In this document: positions 55,774 through 58,910 of the stretch, one piece after another | Layout of the letters: each line of letters starts with the position of its first letter | Position numbering within the stretch: the stretch's first letter is position 1 | IMG/VR virus record: IMGVR_UViG_3300017694_000001 | Span: 1 to 58,910 of that record | From: a virus | Strand: one strand, 5' to 3' | DNA: 58,910 nt | Position numbers and translations under genes: made by a program | The notes under the pieces: model-generated | What the model saw: only the letters and a program-made list of their open reading frames with translations | Database searches by the model: none | Told to the model about the DNA's origin: nothing

Positions 55774-58700
55774 GTACGACCCCTACCGCCTTTGCTGCGT
55801 TTCCCGACCGCCCCGAGGCGGGCGTAGAAAGCGCGGCCGTCGTGCGCGGAAACGCAATCGTGCGCTCGCTCTACTCGATTAAGCCCAAATCCGGCGATGA
55901 GCCGATTGTGTGGCCTGACCAGTTGGATGATAACGGCAACCTGGTAGCAGACACTGCCGGGCTGGAGATTATCCGCGAACTCAACAATATTGAGCCGAGT
56001 TGGGCTGGCACCATCAATAACACCAGCACGGCGCGGACAGGCGCAAAGGTGCAGAACAACAGCCACAACATCACCGACATGTTGCGGCTGGACAACTACG
56101 TCTGGCGCGTATTTGGATACGGTGAGGGGGAGGAATCCAACATTGACAAGGCGCACGTTGACCGCCTCAATGAGCACATTCAGATTCACAAGCAGGATAC
56201 CTTCGGCGCGTACAGGCTGGCAACGGACGGGCAGGACATCTGGGTTTCGGGCGTAAAAATCGACTACAACGACCAGCGCAAGGCAGACATCTTCCGCTGT
56301 TTTGTCCTTGTCATTCGCCCCAGCGCCACCGATACGGGCGACTTGGACGTGCAGGTGCCGGGCTCGGTGGCCATCCCTTCGGGCACCGAGGGCATCACGT
56401 ACTACGCGCTGGCCCTGCTCGACAGCCCGGAAGTGCTGAGTCCCGGCCAGCCCGGGCATATCCCGTGGAATAAAGCCGAGGTTATCTCAGACCACGCCGT
56501 GAACAGCCAGTTTCTGGTTGTGCTACGCGCCGGCCTGAACCGGGCGGAAGTGTGGCGCAAAACCACGAACGAACTGGTAGCCACGCACGAGCTAAGCGAC
56601 CCGCACACGCTGGCGTTTACGTCCGACAGCACCCTGACCATTACTACTGGCACGACGGTCGGCACCTATTCGCTAGGTGACGATGGCAGCTTGCAGATGC
56701 TGGACATTACCCCACCGGCCGGCCTGACCGAGCCCGTGAAGGTGCGCGTGTCGCCTGATGGTAGCAAGCTGCTCGTAACCGATGGCAACCGCTTGAACGA
56801 CACCCGCAGCACGGCCACGCACCGCTTCTACCTGTTCGACGTCGCCACCGGCCAGCAGTTGTGGGCGCGGGGCCGGCAGGAGGATTACGGGGTAGATGCG
56901 CGGGTGTACGATGATAAGTACTGCCTCATCAACACCAAAGAATTTACCTCGCCTTCGGCCGATACCACTGCCTTTGCCTCGTTCCACGATGACAAGCACG
57001 TCTGGCTGGCAGATATCGGCAACGGCCGCTACCAGCTGGTAAATATCGAGACGGGTGAGGTAGTAACGGTAGTTAGCTGGGAAGGCTATCACTATGCCTT
57101 GGGCCTCGTAGCGAACGACGTGGTGAACGGCAAGGGCAAGCTGCTGGTGAATTACAAGCAGTGGGAGGTTGACCTAGACCTTATTGCCGCGCAGGATATC
57201 ACGCCCGGCAACGGGGCATACCGGCTCACGCACAACTATAGCCTATGCTGGCGGGCAGAGTACGATGACAAGTACAACCGCCTGGCGATGCCGACTAAAA
57301 AGGCATCGAGCGGGCGCACGTTCGCCTTCCAGCAGCACCAGCGCCCCGCCGACCCCACTGCGCCGGTGGACTTCCATTTGGTATTGGTGGAGAAAACTGA
57401 CCTGCGCGTCATCTACTACACCGACCGCAAGTTTCCTATCGGCACGGTACTGGAGCCGGATTTCAGCCTCACTACCTACGAATCCGTGAAGGACGGGGAA
57501 GTAGTGGGGCGTGGCGAGCTGGGCGCGGTGCTCACGCGCTACACCCAGCCGGCCATCGAAGACGATGCAGATGGCTTGCCGCAATGGGGGCCGCGCCAAG
57601 AGGTTTGGCGCACACTCCCACTACTGGTAAGTGACCCCATTAGTGCAGGGGTAGTGCCCACCCGTAGCAGCCGCAGCGAGAACGGGCGCTATATTACCTA
57701 CAACATCGATGTAAGCTATAACGGCCAGCCCGGGGGCACTGGTGCGCGGGGCACGGGCAATCACGGCGGCATTATAGAAGAAGGCGGCTCGGATTTTCTG
57801 AGCCAATTCCTGCCTTCCACCAAGCGCGACTACTACGAAGGCAATCTGCCAGTTGACAAGTTTGAAGACTCCAACGGCGTGCGGGTTGGAGGCAGCTACT
57901 CTTATGCCATAGGAAGCACATTTTTCCTAGGTGCTAATAATGAGTTTTGGAAGGGCAAAGCCACGTTTGATTGGAAGTATTACAGCGACCTGGGCCTGAT
58001 GCGGGGTGAGTGGGTGCGCGCCAACCGTGCCGACAACCCATTTGGCCCGGCCCCGGGCGGCTACGCGACCAACTCCACCCGGGGCGACTTCGTGCAGCAC
58101 GGCAACGTGGTTCTTCACTTCAGCACGGGCGAAGGCGGCGGCGGCGGGCCCATCGTGATGCGCTATCGCGGCTTTGATACTATCCGCTTCGAGCGCCTGC
58201 CCCTGGTTGAGTACACGCCCCCGGTTGACGCCAGCACCGACCCGCTGGCCGACTTGCCCAAATACGCCCCCGTCGAAGACGGTGAGGCTGGCCTTGTCAT
58301 TGCCCCCGCCGACAGCCCCGGCCTCCAACTCAGCACCGGCCGCCTCGAAACCGATGGCACCGACCTGCTGGCAGACTTCGATGGCTCGCTACCCAGCGGC
58401 ACCGTGCGGATTCCGCTCAATGTGCCAACCGGCCCGTGGGAGCACAGCCTGGTGCTGCGCTTCACCCGCAACGCCTTCCCGCAACAGCCGGGTGAGCTGG
58501 CCAACGTTGAGTACTACGACGAAAATGACCGGCTGATTTCTACCACCGGCCGGCGCGAAATCACGAACGAAAACTGCCCGCTGCTGCACAACGGCGAGGT
58601 GGTGGGCACGCGCAGCACCGAGGCCTGGCGGCCCTACGGCTACAACCCAAGCCCGGCCAAGTTCGGCGTGGGCGACGACGGGCGGCCTTACGTGGAGTAC

Positions 58701-58910
58701 GCCGACTTCCCGCGCCACTACGCCGATGGCCCGGCCGACCCGGATGCGAACGTATTCGCGCCGGCTTACGCACAGCTGACTTTTCAGAATGCGGGCAATC
58801 GCAGCTACGGGATAAATCTCTACCAATCGCGGCTCACCAGTCTTACCACTCCTACCCCCTCTCCTATCCGCATGATTACCACGGTATCTGCGCCGCAGCC
58901 ACCCGCTTCT
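55770..58910 (+). CDS. Large tail/receptor-binding protein, N-terminal part (no stop in window; continues at base 124 via the overlap)
   Basis: Hand translation from the ATG at 55770 is open to the window end. It is not in the ORF track because it lacks a stop. It is in frame with 1..570. Confidence 0.7.
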   Translation, partial: MSTTPTAFAAFPDRPEAGVESAAVVRGNAIVRSLYSIKPKSGDEPIVWPDQLDDNGNLVADTAGLEIIRELNNIEPSWAGTINNTSTARTGAKVQNNSHNITDMLRLDNYVWRVFGYGEGEESNIDKAHVDRLNEHIQIHKQDTFGAYRLATDGQDIWVSGVKIDYNDQRKADIFRCFVLVIRPSATDTGDLDVQVPGSVAIPSGTEGITYYALALLDSPEVLSPGQPGHIPWNKAEVISDHAVNSQFLVVLRAGLNRAEVWRKTTNELVATHELSDPHTLAFTSDSTLTITTGTTVGTYSLGDDGSLQMLDITPPAGLTEPVKVRVSPDGSKLLVTDGNRLNDTRSTATHRFYLFDVATGQQLWARGRQEDYGVDARVYDDKYCLINTKEFTSPSADTTAFASFHDDKHVWLADIGNGRYQLVNIETGEVVTVVSWEGYHYALGLVANDVVNGKGKLLVNYKQWEVDLDLIAAQDITPGNGAYRLTHNYSLCWRAEYDDKYNRLAMPTKKASSGRTFAFQQHQRPADPTAPVDFHLVLVEKTDLRVIYYTDRKFPIGTVLEPDFSLTTYESVKDGEVVGRGELGAVLTRYTQPAIEDDADGLPQWGPRQEVWRTLPLLVSDPISAGVVPTRSSRSENGRYITYNIDVSYNGQPGGTGARGTGNHGGIIEEGGSDFLSQFLPSTKRDYYEGNLPVDKFEDSNGVRVGGSYSYAIGSTFFLGANNEFWKGKATFDWKYYSDLGLMRGEWVRANRADNPFGPAPGGYATNSTRGDFVQHGNVVLHFSTGEGGGGGPIVMRYRGFDTIRFERLPLVEYTPPVDASTDPLADLPKYAPVEDGEAGLVIAPADSPGLQLSTGRLETDGTDLLADFDGSLPSGTVRIPLNVPTGPWEHSLVLRFTRNAFPQQPGELANVEYYDENDRLISTTGRREITNENCPLLHNGEVVGTRSTEAWRPYGYNPSPAKFGVGDDGRPYVEYADFPRHYADGPADPDANVFAPAYAQLTFQNAGNRSYGINLYQSRLTSLTTPTPSPIRMITTVSAPQPPAS
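58788..58910. repeat. Terminal direct overlap, copy 2 (identical to 1..123)
   Basis: Same comparison as for copy 1. Confidence 0.95.

Noticed and set aside
58788-58910. The 123-bp end duplication as a genuine virion direct terminal repeat.
   Set aside because: It lies entirely within a continuous coding frame of a tail gene and has no flanking packaging signals. Assembly overlap of a circular or permuted genome is more likely, but this cannot be settled without reads.

Overview
The window is one complete, circularly closed genome of a temperate tailed phage or prophage. The first 123 nt are identical to the last 123 nt, giving a unit length of 58,787 bp. It has HK97-type head genes and a long non-contractile (siphovirus-like) tail module.

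The host is probably a GC-rich member of Bacteroidota. This is inference from four things: a Bacteroidota-style tyrosine integrase N-terminus, a Phage_CI_repr-like repressor, several perfect TAnnTTTG -7 boxes, and no Shine-Dalgarno sequences.

Layout, all genes on + unless noted:
- 55770..58910 wrapping to 1..570, then 576..4447: tail fibre, receptor-binding and depolymerase genes.
- 4496..6810: lysis cassette (holin candidates, u-spanin-like lipoprotein, M15 endolysin).
- 6974..11155: mixed-strand accessory island (HAD-IIIA phosphatase, membrane proteins, HicB-like two-gene cassette).
- 11280..13478: tRNA-like element, a ~630-nt ORF-poor structured region, and integrase (-).
- 13877..14877: CI-like repressor (-) and a divergent cro-position gene with three TTTGATA operators.
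- 14874..37309: early region. It holds a DNA methyltransferase, antirepressor, HNH-like protein, Ea22-like protein, 4x Myb-like repeat protein, beta sliding clamp, Rieske protein, RHH regulator, PD-(D/E)xK nuclease, a replication initiator with five internal iterons, and about 25 small unknown genes.
- 37366..50967: terS, terL, portal, MuF-like protein, protease, major capsid, connectors, major tail protein, G/GT chaperone with a GGGAAAC -1 frameshift, and tape measure.
- 50970..51666 (-): a two-gene secreted/lipoprotein moron.
- 51787..55773: distal tail genes.

Most notable non-standard signals:
- An exact 21-mer sits exactly 71 nt upstream of the start codon of each of four late gene blocks.
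- Eleven copies of the palindrome CACCGGTG lie within 368 bp, used in two reading frames.
- A chimeric 109-nt tRNA-like element lies next to int.
- A 15-bp-periodic GTTAC array lies over the clamp-operon promoter.

All functional calls come from motifs read by eye in the supplied translations. No database search was possible.
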